Assembly: GCA_002716085.1 (NCBI GenBank)
Contig: PAYZ01000019.1
Location: 11,649-75,648, forward strand
Source of the DNA: Methanobacteriota archaeon
GTDB taxonomy: Archaea > Thermoplasmatota > Poseidoniia > Poseidoniales > Thalassarchaeaceae
Direction of reading: 5' to 3'
Length of the DNA: 64,000 nt
Below are positions 1-7,784 of this stretch, in pieces. The position numbers and the translations under genes were made by a program. The notes under the pieces were generated by a model that did not search any database, was not told the origin of the DNA, and saw nothing but the letters and a program-made list of their open reading frames with translations. The first letter of the stretch is position 1. Every line of letters starts with the position of its first letter.

Positions 1-204
1 ATGCAGTGGAGGGGGGATAATCCAGGAGTAGAATGCTATTACCATGATTATTGATGCGAAAATTATCGTGTCCCGAAGTATTTCTGTGGGCCAGAAAGGA
101 TGCCCCGTGAAAACCCTCCTTCTCTCCTCTTCTGCTTCGAGTAAATCCTCCTTCTCACTGATGTATGTATCAGCAATTCTCCCAAACCTCTCAATAAGTC
201 CCAA
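1..204 (-). CDS. cytochrome b C-terminal-domain / subunit IV-like protein (5' part only, runs off window start)
   Basis: Not in the ORF track. The minus-strand frame opens with TTG at 204, 5 nt after GGTGA and 9 nt downstream of the cytochrome b stop. It translates to (M)GLIERFGRIADTYISEKEDLLEAEEERRRVFTGHPFWPTEILRDTIIFASIIMVIAFYSWIIPPPLH and stays open to position 1. The 'PFWP..LRD + TM helix' entry resembles petD / cyt b C-terminal domains. Confidence 0.55.
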   Translation of the reverse strand, partial: MGLIERFGRIADTYISEKEDLLEAEEERRRVFTGHPFWPTEILRDTIIFASIIMVIAFYSWIIPPPLH

Positions 205-213
205 TAAATCACC

Positions 214-1098
214 TCAATGCGGCTCCGCAATCCCCTGGACCCAAACTATGAACAAGTGAGCTAGAATTAGGGCCGTAACAATCACAGGTAGGACGAAAAC
301 GTGGAGGAAATACATCCGAACCACAGTTTGTCCAGTAAGGGTAGTGCCTCCGAACATAGCATTTGCAACCCACTCTCCAATTAGGGGTGTAGCCATTGCC
401 ATGTTGATTCCAATAGTGGCCGCGCCGAAAGCAAGGCTATCCCATGGAAGTAGGTAGCCCGAGTATCCAAAGAATATGGTGAAGAACATAAGGGCCACTC
501 CAATTAGCCAGTTCAGCTCCCTAGGGTTCCTATATGCGCCTGTGAAGTAAACCCTACACATGTGCAGGAAAACTGCTGCGACCATGAAGTGAGTCGTCCA
601 GTGGTGGATTGATCTGATGATGTATCCGAAAGGAAGCTCCAGCATTATGAACTCCATTGATGCATATGCGGGAGTTGGATCCGATTCTAGATCACCCCCT
701 GGGACATAATAGAATCCGAGAATTGTACCAGTAATTACGAGGATGATGAAAGCCAAGAAAGATATCCCACCAAGGCAGTATAATGGGTACCAGTACCATA
801 TGATCCTGAGCTTGTACTTCTCTGCATGAGTTAGGGGCATCTGCCTATGCATGCTGTGGTATGAGTCCTTGCTCATTCCCCAGTAGTCCTGAATCCTGAA
901 TCTAGTGTCCAGCCATGAGAAAGCCCATAGGAAAGCCTTCTCTGCAAGTCCCATGCTGCCTGCATTAGACTCAACGGCCCTCAAGATGTCTTTTCGTGGG
1001 ATGTCATCCCTCTCTCTCCTAAGGGTAAATGCAACAATCACTACTACTATGGCGATGAAAATCCATAGGAACCAGAATTGAATCATATTTCTTTTCAC
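214..1098 (-). CDS. cytochrome b (b6-like N-terminal four-helix heme-binding subunit)
   Basis: 294-aa polytopic ORF. Conserved cytochrome b strings are present: 'RSIHHWTTHFMVAAVFLHMCRVYFTGAYRNPRELNWLIGV', 'GYLLPWD', 'VRMYFLHVFVLP'. Confidence 0.9.
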   Translation of the reverse strand: MKRNMIQFWFLWIFIAIVVVIVAFTLRRERDDIPRKDILRAVESNAGSMGLAEKAFLWAFSWLDTRFRIQDYWGMSKDSYHSMHRQMPLTHAEKYKLRIIWYWYPLYCLGGISFLAFIILVITGTILGFYYVPGGDLESDPTPAYASMEFIMLELPFGYIIRSIHHWTTHFMVAAVFLHMCRVYFTGAYRNPRELNWLIGVALMFFTIFFGYSGYLLPWDSLAFGAATIGINMAMATPLIGEWVANAMFGGTTLTGQTVVRMYFLHVFVLPVIVTALILAHLFIVWVQGIAEPH

Positions 1099-1971
1099 CT
1101 ACCCACAAAATGTATACCAATCCAAAAAGTCTGGAAGGGCCTCTATTGTTCCCCCATTAACAGTGAATGGAATGAGTGGCATCCCATAAGGTGCAGGACC
1201 CCCGGTCTTCTTAACTCCGATGAAATCAAACTCCTGGCCGTTAGATCTGTTCCTAGCTGTGTTCTTTTCGATCACTGTGTGATCGTATCTGCTCGAGTGG
1301 CAAATACAGAACGACTTGTTACCGCCACTATCCGTCCCCCCAGGAAGCCAGGTATCATTCGTAAAATCATTAGAGACTAGCTGCCATCCCGGAATGCAAC
1401 AAAGATGCGGGCATCTAGCGAAGACAATAATCATGTTGTCATGGATGTTAAGTGAGGCATACTCCTCCTTCTCCTCAATCTCGAATCCAGACCCGACGTA
1501 TGCCCCTCCAGCAGTGTATCCATCCATTAGCTGGAATCGAGGGACACCAGCATCAAGGGGCTTGTTCCTATTCTCCTCGTGAGGGACGTAAGTTGCAATT
1601 ACTGGAAGTCCGGACCAGAGTCCAGCAGCACCGGCCATTCCGGTGTTGGAGTTTGATGCCTCATTCTCGAATGCCTGTATGGTCATAGCTTGCTTATCCA
1701 TGCTACTATACCATACATCAGATCCCTTAGGTACATAGAACTTGATAGCTGAATCTGAGGACCCGCCTCCTGACTGCCCCATTAAGAACGAAGCAAAACC
1801 TACGCTTCCCAATGCAGCTGTAGTGATTAGCCCGGCTGCAGTGTTGAAAGACATCCTCATGAACTCCCTTCTGTCAATTGAACCGCTCTTCTCGTGTGAG
1901 TTCCCAGCAGAAGATTCCAATGGGCGCAATTTGAATTTCCTTGCCATCATCACACCTCGTATTTCTTCCAA
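1099..1971 (-). CDS. Rieske [2Fe-2S] protein with twin-arginine signal
   Basis: 290-aa ORF directly abutting cyt b. It has the Tat-like 'DRREFMRMS' followed by a hydrophobic stretch, and Rieske boxes 'CPHLCC' and 'CICHSSRY'. Confidence 0.85.
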   Translation of the reverse strand: MEEIRGVMMARKFKLRPLESSAGNSHEKSGSIDRREFMRMSFNTAAGLITTAALGSVGFASFLMGQSGGGSSDSAIKFYVPKGSDVWYSSMDKQAMTIQAFENEASNSNTGMAGAAGLWSGLPVIATYVPHEENRNKPLDAGVPRFQLMDGYTAGGAYVGSGFEIEEKEEYASLNIHDNMIIVFARCPHLCCIPGWQLVSNDFTNDTWLPGGTDSGGNKSFCICHSSRYDHTVIEKNTARNRSNGQEFDFIGVKKTGGPAPYGMPLIPFTVNGGTIEALPDFLDWYTFCG

Positions 1972-2399
1972 GATTCCGTATCATGACTTGTGATGTACTT
2001 GTTCCTTCGATGTTTTACGATCACGACGTCGGGAAGCACGTACTTCAGGTACACTATGCCCATAATTATCAGCGTCAACAGCGTCATTGCTAAGTTGAAT
2101 GAAAGTAGCTGCTGATCCCAGTGATTGTATAGGCCATATGCCAAAGCGCCAGCCCAGTATAGCGTCCATAGAAGTCCCCAAAGTGCTACTAGAATGATTA
2201 ACCACGACTCTCCAGAAGGTGAAACGCTAGCTCTAACGATGGTGCCAGCCTTTGGCTCATTGAATACGCCGTGGTCTATAGCCTTGGAGAAAGCTTCCTC
2301 TGTAAGGGTCACTTCTTCGAGTGCCGCTCTGGCATCCTCTATGCTAACGACTCCTGATTTTACTTTCCTCAGTAGCTCCAAAACAGCATCGTTTTTCAT
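1950..2399 (-). CDS. small 2-TM membrane protein, unknown function (operonic with Rieske/cyt b)
   Basis: 149-aa ORF that overlaps the Rieske start by 22 nt and the upstream gene by 4 nt. A helical soluble N-terminus is followed by two hydrophobic helices. No family recognised. Confidence 0.5.
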   Translation of the reverse strand: MKNDAVLELLRKVKSGVVSIEDARAALEEVTLTEEAFSKAIDHGVFNEPKAGTIVRASVSPSGESWLIILVALWGLLWTLYWAGALAYGLYNHWDQQLLSFNLAMTLLTLIIMGIVYLKYVLPDVVIVKHRRNKYITSHDTESWKKYEV

Positions 2400-3199
2400 A
2401 TCTGATCCCCCCTTCTAAGATGTTTTATCCTGAGCCTTAGTAAGTTACTTCTCCCGCTATAGTGTCTGGAGAACCCATACCTCAAGAAAAATCCACAAAA
2501 TACTATCACCAGCATTACGGCTGCGAATCCAAGAAGGCCAAGCCAATGTGCCAGAAGTTTGGCACCCATGTGGTGCAAGTCAGTGTGCTGGTCAGTCGGT
2601 GCAGGAGGCGTGATGTCCCCATTTCCAGAGAAAACAGTCCTAACCCTTCCATTGTCTTCCCCCTCGTCAACAGTTGATGTGAGTCTGTTCCATCGATCTA
2701 GACTGGAAGGCGCCATATCGCCATTAACGGAGTTTCCTGCAATCGAGAACGTTACTGACCCCGTTCCCTCTTCGGGGCTAGTCCAGCTAATCATCCAAGT
2801 TCTATCGCTAGTCTTTGCCCCATAATCCGTATGGGTGAGGGAAGATACGTCTCCTTCCCAATTCTGAACATGTTCATCGAATCCTTCTCCAGGACCAAGC
2901 ACCCCATCGCTAACCCTCATGGAAAAACCCGCTGTGTAGGATGACAAATCAGCTTCAGGACCACCAATTAACTGGAGCTTCATTTCGTAAACAGTGTTTG
3001 GTGAATAGTGAAAAGGGAACCCATCAAGAACTACTGTGACCGAATTATCCGGCTCCTCTGCGTGACATGTGCACCCTGCAAGTGAAACTTCCCCCTGTCC
3101 ATTGGCGTTTCCACCGACCCCAGAATGCAAGGCCTGACCCGTTCCAGCAACCAAAACCGAAACCAGAATCATTACCAATGTTTTTTGACGAGATATCAT
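2396..3199 (-). CDS. exported, C-terminally anchored beta-rich protein with GCTCH motif (first gene of Rieske/cyt b operon)
   Basis: 267-aa ORF. It has the N-terminal signal/TM 'LVMILVSVLVAGTG', a roughly 200-aa beta-rich domain ('WMISWTSPEEGTGSVTFSIAGNSVNGD'), and a His-rich C-terminal TM 'HHMGAKLLAHWLGLLGFAAVMLVIVF'. Confidence 0.6.
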   Translation of the reverse strand: MISRQKTLVMILVSVLVAGTGQALHSGVGGNANGQGEVSLAGCTCHAEEPDNSVTVVLDGFPFHYSPNTVYEMKLQLIGGPEADLSSYTAGFSMRVSDGVLGPGEGFDEHVQNWEGDVSSLTHTDYGAKTSDRTWMISWTSPEEGTGSVTFSIAGNSVNGDMAPSSLDRWNRLTSTVDEGEDNGRVRTVFSGNGDITPPAPTDQHTDLHHMGAKLLAHWLGLLGFAAVMLVIVFCGFFLRYGFSRHYSGRSNLLRLRIKHLRRGDQI

Positions 3200-3320
3200 C
3201 CGAATCTTTACCTAGCAACTGCTAACAAAGAGGGCCAAAAAAAAGGGGGATATTAAAGTTCCACCTCGGCCCCTACGGGGCCGAAGATTAATTCAGAATC
3301 CGGAAAACCTCAAGCACCTG

Positions 3321-3644
3321 TTGGCGATGAATGAATTCATGGGGGCGCCTCAGTGGAAAAATGTCTACGATCTCAGCAAACATCAGATAGACATGCTAGA
3401 GGAAGCGGAGAACAAGATGGAAGTGATGAATGTCAATGGCGCTGAGTCTATATTGATGGAATTACTAGAAGGTGACAAAGAATGCATACCCGTTCTAAAC
3501 ATACTAGGTCACTTGAATGGCAGGTATCTTTCAAACTTTGAGGCCGCAATAGAGTATTATGATGCTGTCCTTTCTTTGGAGCCAGACAATGCTTGGGCTA
3601 GGGACGAGAGGCGAAGATATCGCCGGTATGTCACATATGAGTAG
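3321..3644 (+). CDS. small TPR-like protein
   Basis: 107-aa ORF with a TTG start and one clear TPR-like unit, 'AIEYYDAVLSLEPDNAWA'. Confidence 0.45.
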   Translation: MAMNEFMGAPQWKNVYDLSKHQIDMLEEAENKMEVMNVNGAESILMELLEGDKECIPVLNILGHLNGRYLSNFEAAIEYYDAVLSLEPDNAWARDERRRYRRYVTYE

Positions 3645-3679
3645 AACACAATAATCTAGTCTAACTGAATCCGAGTATC

Positions 3680-4585
3680 GTGGAGGAAGGAGCCATACTT
3701 CTAGTAGGGGTTGGAGGAATTGGGTGCAACTGGTCCTCAAAAGCCCACGAATCCAGCCACGAACTGGCCGACCTTCTACTTGTGGACTCCGAAGAATCGT
3801 CATTCTCGACTGCAATAGAGGCACATTGTCTACACTTGGACGCTAACGGTAACGGAAGGGGCTCCGCAGCTCTCCCAAATTTGGCCGCTCACAGACTCAG
3901 GGAAGGCGCTTCTGGAATTTCGCCACTATTGGAGAAATCCGAATTAGTAATAATCCTCACAGCTCTAGGTGGTGGGACAGGTTCCGGAGCTTCTGCTGAG
4001 ATAGCCTCAAGAGCCAAGAAAACCGGAAGCATAGTAATTTCGATAGTTGGAATCCCCTTCGTCGAACAGCCCCTGAGGAGTGCAATAGCCGAGATGTCTC
4101 TACCAACTCTCGAGAAGAATTCAGATCTCTGCATCAGAGTAAGTTTGGAGAGATTGGCTTGGCAGGCTAGGCAAAGGAATTCTGATTGGAAGCTGGGTTC
4201 TGAATGGATTAGCGAGCTTATTGAAGGTCTGGTAGCTACTCTTGCTAGGGTGGGGAAGATGAACCTAGATCTCATGGATCTTCGTACAATTGTAAAGAGG
4301 CCTGGAAATGCGACATTAATTGTTGGAAACGGAACTACAGATGATCCGGACGAATTAGTGAGGATTGCCAGGAGCTCACCACTCTCAGAAATTGAAGTAG
4401 ATGGGGCAAAGGGTTGCCTAATTCAGGTTGAAGGTGGACCAGACATGACCCTTGGTCACCTAAATCGAGTATCGGAGGCTTTCGTCTCCTCTCTCGATGA
4501 AGACTGCCAAGTAATTCTAGGGGCCCGAGCAAGCGACGAAATGGCTGGTAGGTTGAGGTTAGTAGCGGTGGTCAGTGGGATCTAA
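3680..4585 (+). CDS. FtsZ/tubulin-superfamily GTPase, divergent, core domain only
   Basis: 301-aa ORF with a GTG start. T1-like 'VGVGGIGCN', tubulin signature 'LGGGTGSG', T7-like 'MNLDLMDLRT', and an FtsZ C-terminal subdomain pattern 'GAKGCLIQVEGGPDMTL..V...'. There is no linker or C-terminal tail. Confidence 0.75.
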   Translation: MEEGAILLVGVGGIGCNWSSKAHESSHELADLLLVDSEESSFSTAIEAHCLHLDANGNGRGSAALPNLAAHRLREGASGISPLLEKSELVIILTALGGGTGSGASAEIASRAKKTGSIVISIVGIPFVEQPLRSAIAEMSLPTLEKNSDLCIRVSLERLAWQARQRNSDWKLGSEWISELIEGLVATLARVGKMNLDLMDLRTIVKRPGNATLIVGNGTTDDPDELVRIARSSPLSEIEVDGAKGCLIQVEGGPDMTLGHLNRVSEAFVSSLDEDCQVILGARASDEMAGRLRLVAVVSGI

Positions 4586-5823
4586 TCCAATAACTCGATT
4601 TCCTCCTCAACTTGCTTTCCTGGAAAATTCATTGCTATATTTCCTTTAAGGCCCTCTTCAGGATTAGAAATGCTAGTTATCTCCTCATCGCCCTCCCCTT
4701 TGCCGTCAATAGCAGGACCGACCCACGAAACAGTGATTGGAATAATGCCGATCATGACTAAGGCAGTAAACCCATGACCTATCGCAGTAGTAGTTAGCAA
4801 TGTTCCCTCGGAAAGAGCAGTGAGCGATGAAATACTGCCTGCATAAGCAAATCCGAATCCAATTCCCCAGAATAAAGCCGATTGGCCCTGGAAAAACTTC
4901 CAACCCCCCTTTCTTCCCCTATTTGCCATAGACCAAACAGCTAGAATGATTGATACCGACATCAGGATCGCCTCTTCGATCATCATCGATCCAGTAGTCT
5001 TTTCAGCCACTACTGGGCTTCTCCTCCAAGCACCAAGTAGGTGCCAACAAGCAGTAATTACGATTAGGAAAACCAAGCGATCAAGTGACCTTCCATCAAC
5101 CCCCCGCGAACTCCTAATTTTCCTGGTTCTGTTATACGAGATTATCATCAACAAAGATGCCACGCCCAGAAAAAAAATCCAATACAGTTTGTCAATGATA
5201 TTTGCTTCTGAAGGATCACCTGCTTGAAAGCCAAACCACCAAACTAGTGGAATAAATAAAACAATACAAATCAGTATCCTTGTCGATAGAATAACTCTAC
5301 CATCTTTGCTCGGCCTTTCCTTTCTAGAAATCCTCCTCGAATAAATCACCCACCCATAGTTCAATGACAGGGCCTGGAAGGCCGACATTGCAACAAACAA
5401 AAATGCCAGAAATAATTTTACAAATTTTATGTTCTCTGACCCCAACTGGGTAATGATCAATGCTGAGAATAATACTGATGCTAGGATTATTGGAATTAAC
5501 TTGAGTAAACTTCTGTACCAGTATGCAGAATTTAGAATTCCAACCCCATCATGACTGACCCTCAACATCCTAACTCCTAGCTCAGACGGCGCAATCAAAG
5601 CAGCTAGAATATATGACATCGCCAATGATAGGAATATCACCCCTCCCCTATCCTCGAAGCCCCATAGGTCAATTCTCATCATTGCATACAGCAACCCAGA
5701 ACAAGAAACTAGTAGAAGAAAATGAGGTAGTGTTGATGGGCTTGAAAACGATCTGAACATCCCCGGGGGATTCTCCCCCATCTGTTCACTCCCGTGTCCC
5801 ATACATCCTGCGGTACCCACCAT
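4582..5823 (-). CDS. polytopic membrane protein, unknown function
   Basis: 413-aa ORF with about 10 hydrophobic helices. It is convergent with the FtsZ-like gene and overlaps it by 4 nt. No family recognised. Confidence 0.6.
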   Translation of the reverse strand: MVGTAGCMGHGSEQMGENPPGMFRSFSSPSTLPHFLLLVSCSGLLYAMMRIDLWGFEDRGGVIFLSLAMSYILAALIAPSELGVRMLRVSHDGVGILNSAYWYRSLLKLIPIILASVLFSALIITQLGSENIKFVKLFLAFLFVAMSAFQALSLNYGWVIYSRRISRKERPSKDGRVILSTRILICIVLFIPLVWWFGFQAGDPSEANIIDKLYWIFFLGVASLLMIISYNRTRKIRSSRGVDGRSLDRLVFLIVITACWHLLGAWRRSPVVAEKTTGSMMIEEAILMSVSIILAVWSMANRGRKGGWKFFQGQSALFWGIGFGFAYAGSISSLTALSEGTLLTTTAIGHGFTALVMIGIIPITVSWVGPAIDGKGEGDEEITSISNPEEGLKGNIAMNFPGKQVEEEIELLD

Positions 5824-5851
5824 TGGTTAAGGTAAACCCCTTCGCGGGGCC

Positions 5852-6142
5852 ATGCCCGCACCAAAAAGAGCCAAGAGAGGCAAACACCGTTGGGTGGGTT
5901 TGGAAATCAACCGAGTCCTCTCAAGAAGTGATTTGGAGAGGACTCTTGGAGCATCGATAAAGAATTCAGATGCGCGAGTCTTCGATCTAAAGGACAATGG
6001 AAAAACAACGCGTGCAATACTGAAAGTACCGCTTTGCGACTATCTTGAAGTAAAAGAAAACGTGAATAAAATAGAAGAAATTTCTACAATCACTAGCTCT
6101 GGGAAAATTAGGCTTGTCAGGGATAGAATTTACAACAATTAA
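5852..6142 (+). CDS. probable RNase P protein component 2 (Pop5/Rpp14-like)
   Basis: 96-aa basic ORF. 'KRAKRGKHRWVGLEI' resembles the archaeal Pop5 'KKRYIAFEI' entry, and the C-terminal 'SSGKIRLVRDRI' resembles Pop5 'SGTIKRLKRK'. This rests on resemblance from memory only. Confidence 0.5.
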   Translation: MPAPKRAKRGKHRWVGLEINRVLSRSDLERTLGASIKNSDARVFDLKDNGKTTRAILKVPLCDYLEVKENVNKIEEISTITSSGKIRLVRDRIYNN

Positions 6143-7515
6143 TCAATGAGCCATTGGACCCCATCTAGGTCTCCAATTGAAACAACCCCTTCGGAACCTA
6201 TCGCTTCGAGCTCACCAACATTGTTTATTCCAATAGGTCGCATTATTTCCCCCCCAAATGAAACCTCAACTCCTCTTGAGAGAAGAGACGAAAGCGCACT
6301 CCAAGAAATTCCTAACAAATACTCTTCCGAGGGAACTCCCAACAGTCTACTTTCTTCGTACAAAGATGATATGGCACAATCGATCTCACTGAAAACTTCT
6401 TCAGCCACTTTATTCCCAAGAGTATTTATCCATCCAGAACCCTCTACTTCGTCTTTTTTGAAGTCGAATTTGTTTATTCCCACACCTACTCTGATTTTTT
6501 CGGAGTCGGATGATTCCAAGAGAATCCCCCCCATCTTCTTCCAATCATCATCAACTATGTCATTTGGCCATTTCATCCTAGCTCCTATGATTCTCGAAAC
6601 TACGGCTCCAATACTAGTTTGAAGCAACCCCGGAGAAACTTGCTCAATTATCTCTCCTTCGAGATTCCAAGTGGCAAAAACTGACTCTGGCTGACCCATC
6701 CATTCTGAACCCCTCCTGCCTCTTCCATTTGTCTGCTCATAGGCGAATACTCGTTGCCAACCACCGTCTGAAATCTTAGCTGCCTCTTCCATTGTTGAAT
6801 TGCAAGAATCCAACACTACTTCTTTGACTCCGGATCCTGTTTTCCAAAAGCCAAAGACCTCAATCTTTTCATCCCCCATCCTCAAAAAATTCAAAGATCT
6901 GGATGACCAACCTCTAGAATTCCAATCTGAAACTTTGCTTTCACCTTCGGGATCAGTCCTTAACACAAGAATCACAACCAGCTTCTCCAAATTCTGCGGC
7001 TCAAAATCTGATAAATGCCTCAATAGTTCTCCGCCCCAGCCCCCATTGGGGATATCCGACATGGAAGCCTCTTCTATCTCGGAAATACCTTCAGGAATTT
7101 CACCCATCCTATCCAGGTAGGGTAGATTCCATACCAACAAATCAGTACATTCTGGAATAATGGCCCCCTCCCCAATACCAGATTCGAACACCTCCACCTT
7201 TTCTGAAAGGCCGTAAGACTCTAAGTTCCCACGTGCCGCAGCTACGGCTACAGGGTTTACATCACACGCAGAAACTTCCCATCCAAGATTGCTGAGAACA
7301 ATTGAGACCATTCCAGAACCGCATCCAATTTCAAAGGCTTTACCGGTCTTTTCCTTCAACTGGGCGATTGTCGAGCAAAGCAACTCTGTGTCCTCTCTAG
7401 GAGGATACACCGAATGCGGCACAATCACTTCCCAATTTCCCAAACCCTCTATATCGAGGCATACTTTGTGCATGCAACGTACAAAAAAAACACCGTCTAA
7501 GTTTTTCCGCTGCAT
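6139..7515 (-). CDS. fusion protein: HemK/Mtq2-like SAM methyltransferase + biotin--protein ligase (BirA catalytic) domain
   Basis: 458-aa ORF. The N-terminal half has 'VYPPREDTELL', SAM motif I 'EIGCGSGMVSI' and an NPPY-variant 'WNLPYL'. The C-terminal half has the BPL signature 'QTNGRGRRGSEW' and 'KWPNDIV...GGILLES'. Confidence 0.75.
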   Translation of the reverse strand: MQRKNLDGVFFVRCMHKVCLDIEGLGNWEVIVPHSVYPPREDTELLCSTIAQLKEKTGKAFEIGCGSGMVSIVLSNLGWEVSACDVNPVAVAAARGNLESYGLSEKVEVFESGIGEGAIIPECTDLLVWNLPYLDRMGEIPEGISEIEEASMSDIPNGGWGGELLRHLSDFEPQNLEKLVVILVLRTDPEGESKVSDWNSRGWSSRSLNFLRMGDEKIEVFGFWKTGSGVKEVVLDSCNSTMEEAAKISDGGWQRVFAYEQTNGRGRRGSEWMGQPESVFATWNLEGEIIEQVSPGLLQTSIGAVVSRIIGARMKWPNDIVDDDWKKMGGILLESSDSEKIRVGVGINKFDFKKDEVEGSGWINTLGNKVAEEVFSEIDCAISSLYEESRLLGVPSEEYLLGISWSALSSLLSRGVEVSFGGEIMRPIGINNVGELEAIGSEGVVSIGDLDGVQWLID

Positions 7516-7662
7516 ATTTTCTTCTCAACAACCTTTATGTTTCGAGGCGAATAAGGGCACATGCTCCTATTCCCAGGAGCATCTGCATCAACCAGCGACA
7601 GCACTGCTTGCGCAACCCTTTTGAAGGGACCTAGGGACGGCGGATGGCCCAGCAATAGCCAT

Positions 7663-7736
7663 GGGCCTGTAGCTTAGTCAGGTAGAGCGCCGGGCTTTTA
7701 ACCCGGTGGCCGGGGGTTCGAATCCCCTCAGGCCCG
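7663..7736 (+). tRNA. tRNA-Lys (anticodon UUU)
   Basis: 74-nt cloverleaf folded by hand. Acceptor GGGCCTG/CAGGCCC, anticodon arm CCGGG-CTTTTAA-CCCGG, T-arm GGGGG-TTCGAAT-CCCCT, discriminator G. No encoded CCA. Confidence 0.9.
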
Positions 7737-7760
7737 CCTGGCAGCTTACTAGGCTCTCGC

Positions 7761-7766
7761 TTTTTT
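7761..7766 (+). terminator. oligo-T tract downstream of tRNA-Lys
   Basis: A T6 run lies 25 nt after the tRNA 3' end. Archaeal RNAP terminates at oligo-T. It sits only 18 nt before the rpoH ATG. Confidence 0.25.
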
Positions 7767-7784
7767 GGGCCGGGGAATGAGAAA

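Noticed and set aside
7516-7662. This is a 147-nt spacer upstream of tRNA-Lys with two small hairpins (ATGCTCCT/AGGAGCAT at 7561-7582; CCCTT/AAGGG at about 7616-7628). I considered a C/D-box sRNA or other ncRNA. The 111-aa ORF at 7289-7624 was also examined.
   Set aside because: I could find no C (RUGAUGA) / D (CUGA) box pair and no recognisable ncRNA fold. The hairpins are short. The ORF is antisense to the methyltransferase-BirA gene start and has no motif. The region most likely holds promoter/5' regions for the flanking genes.
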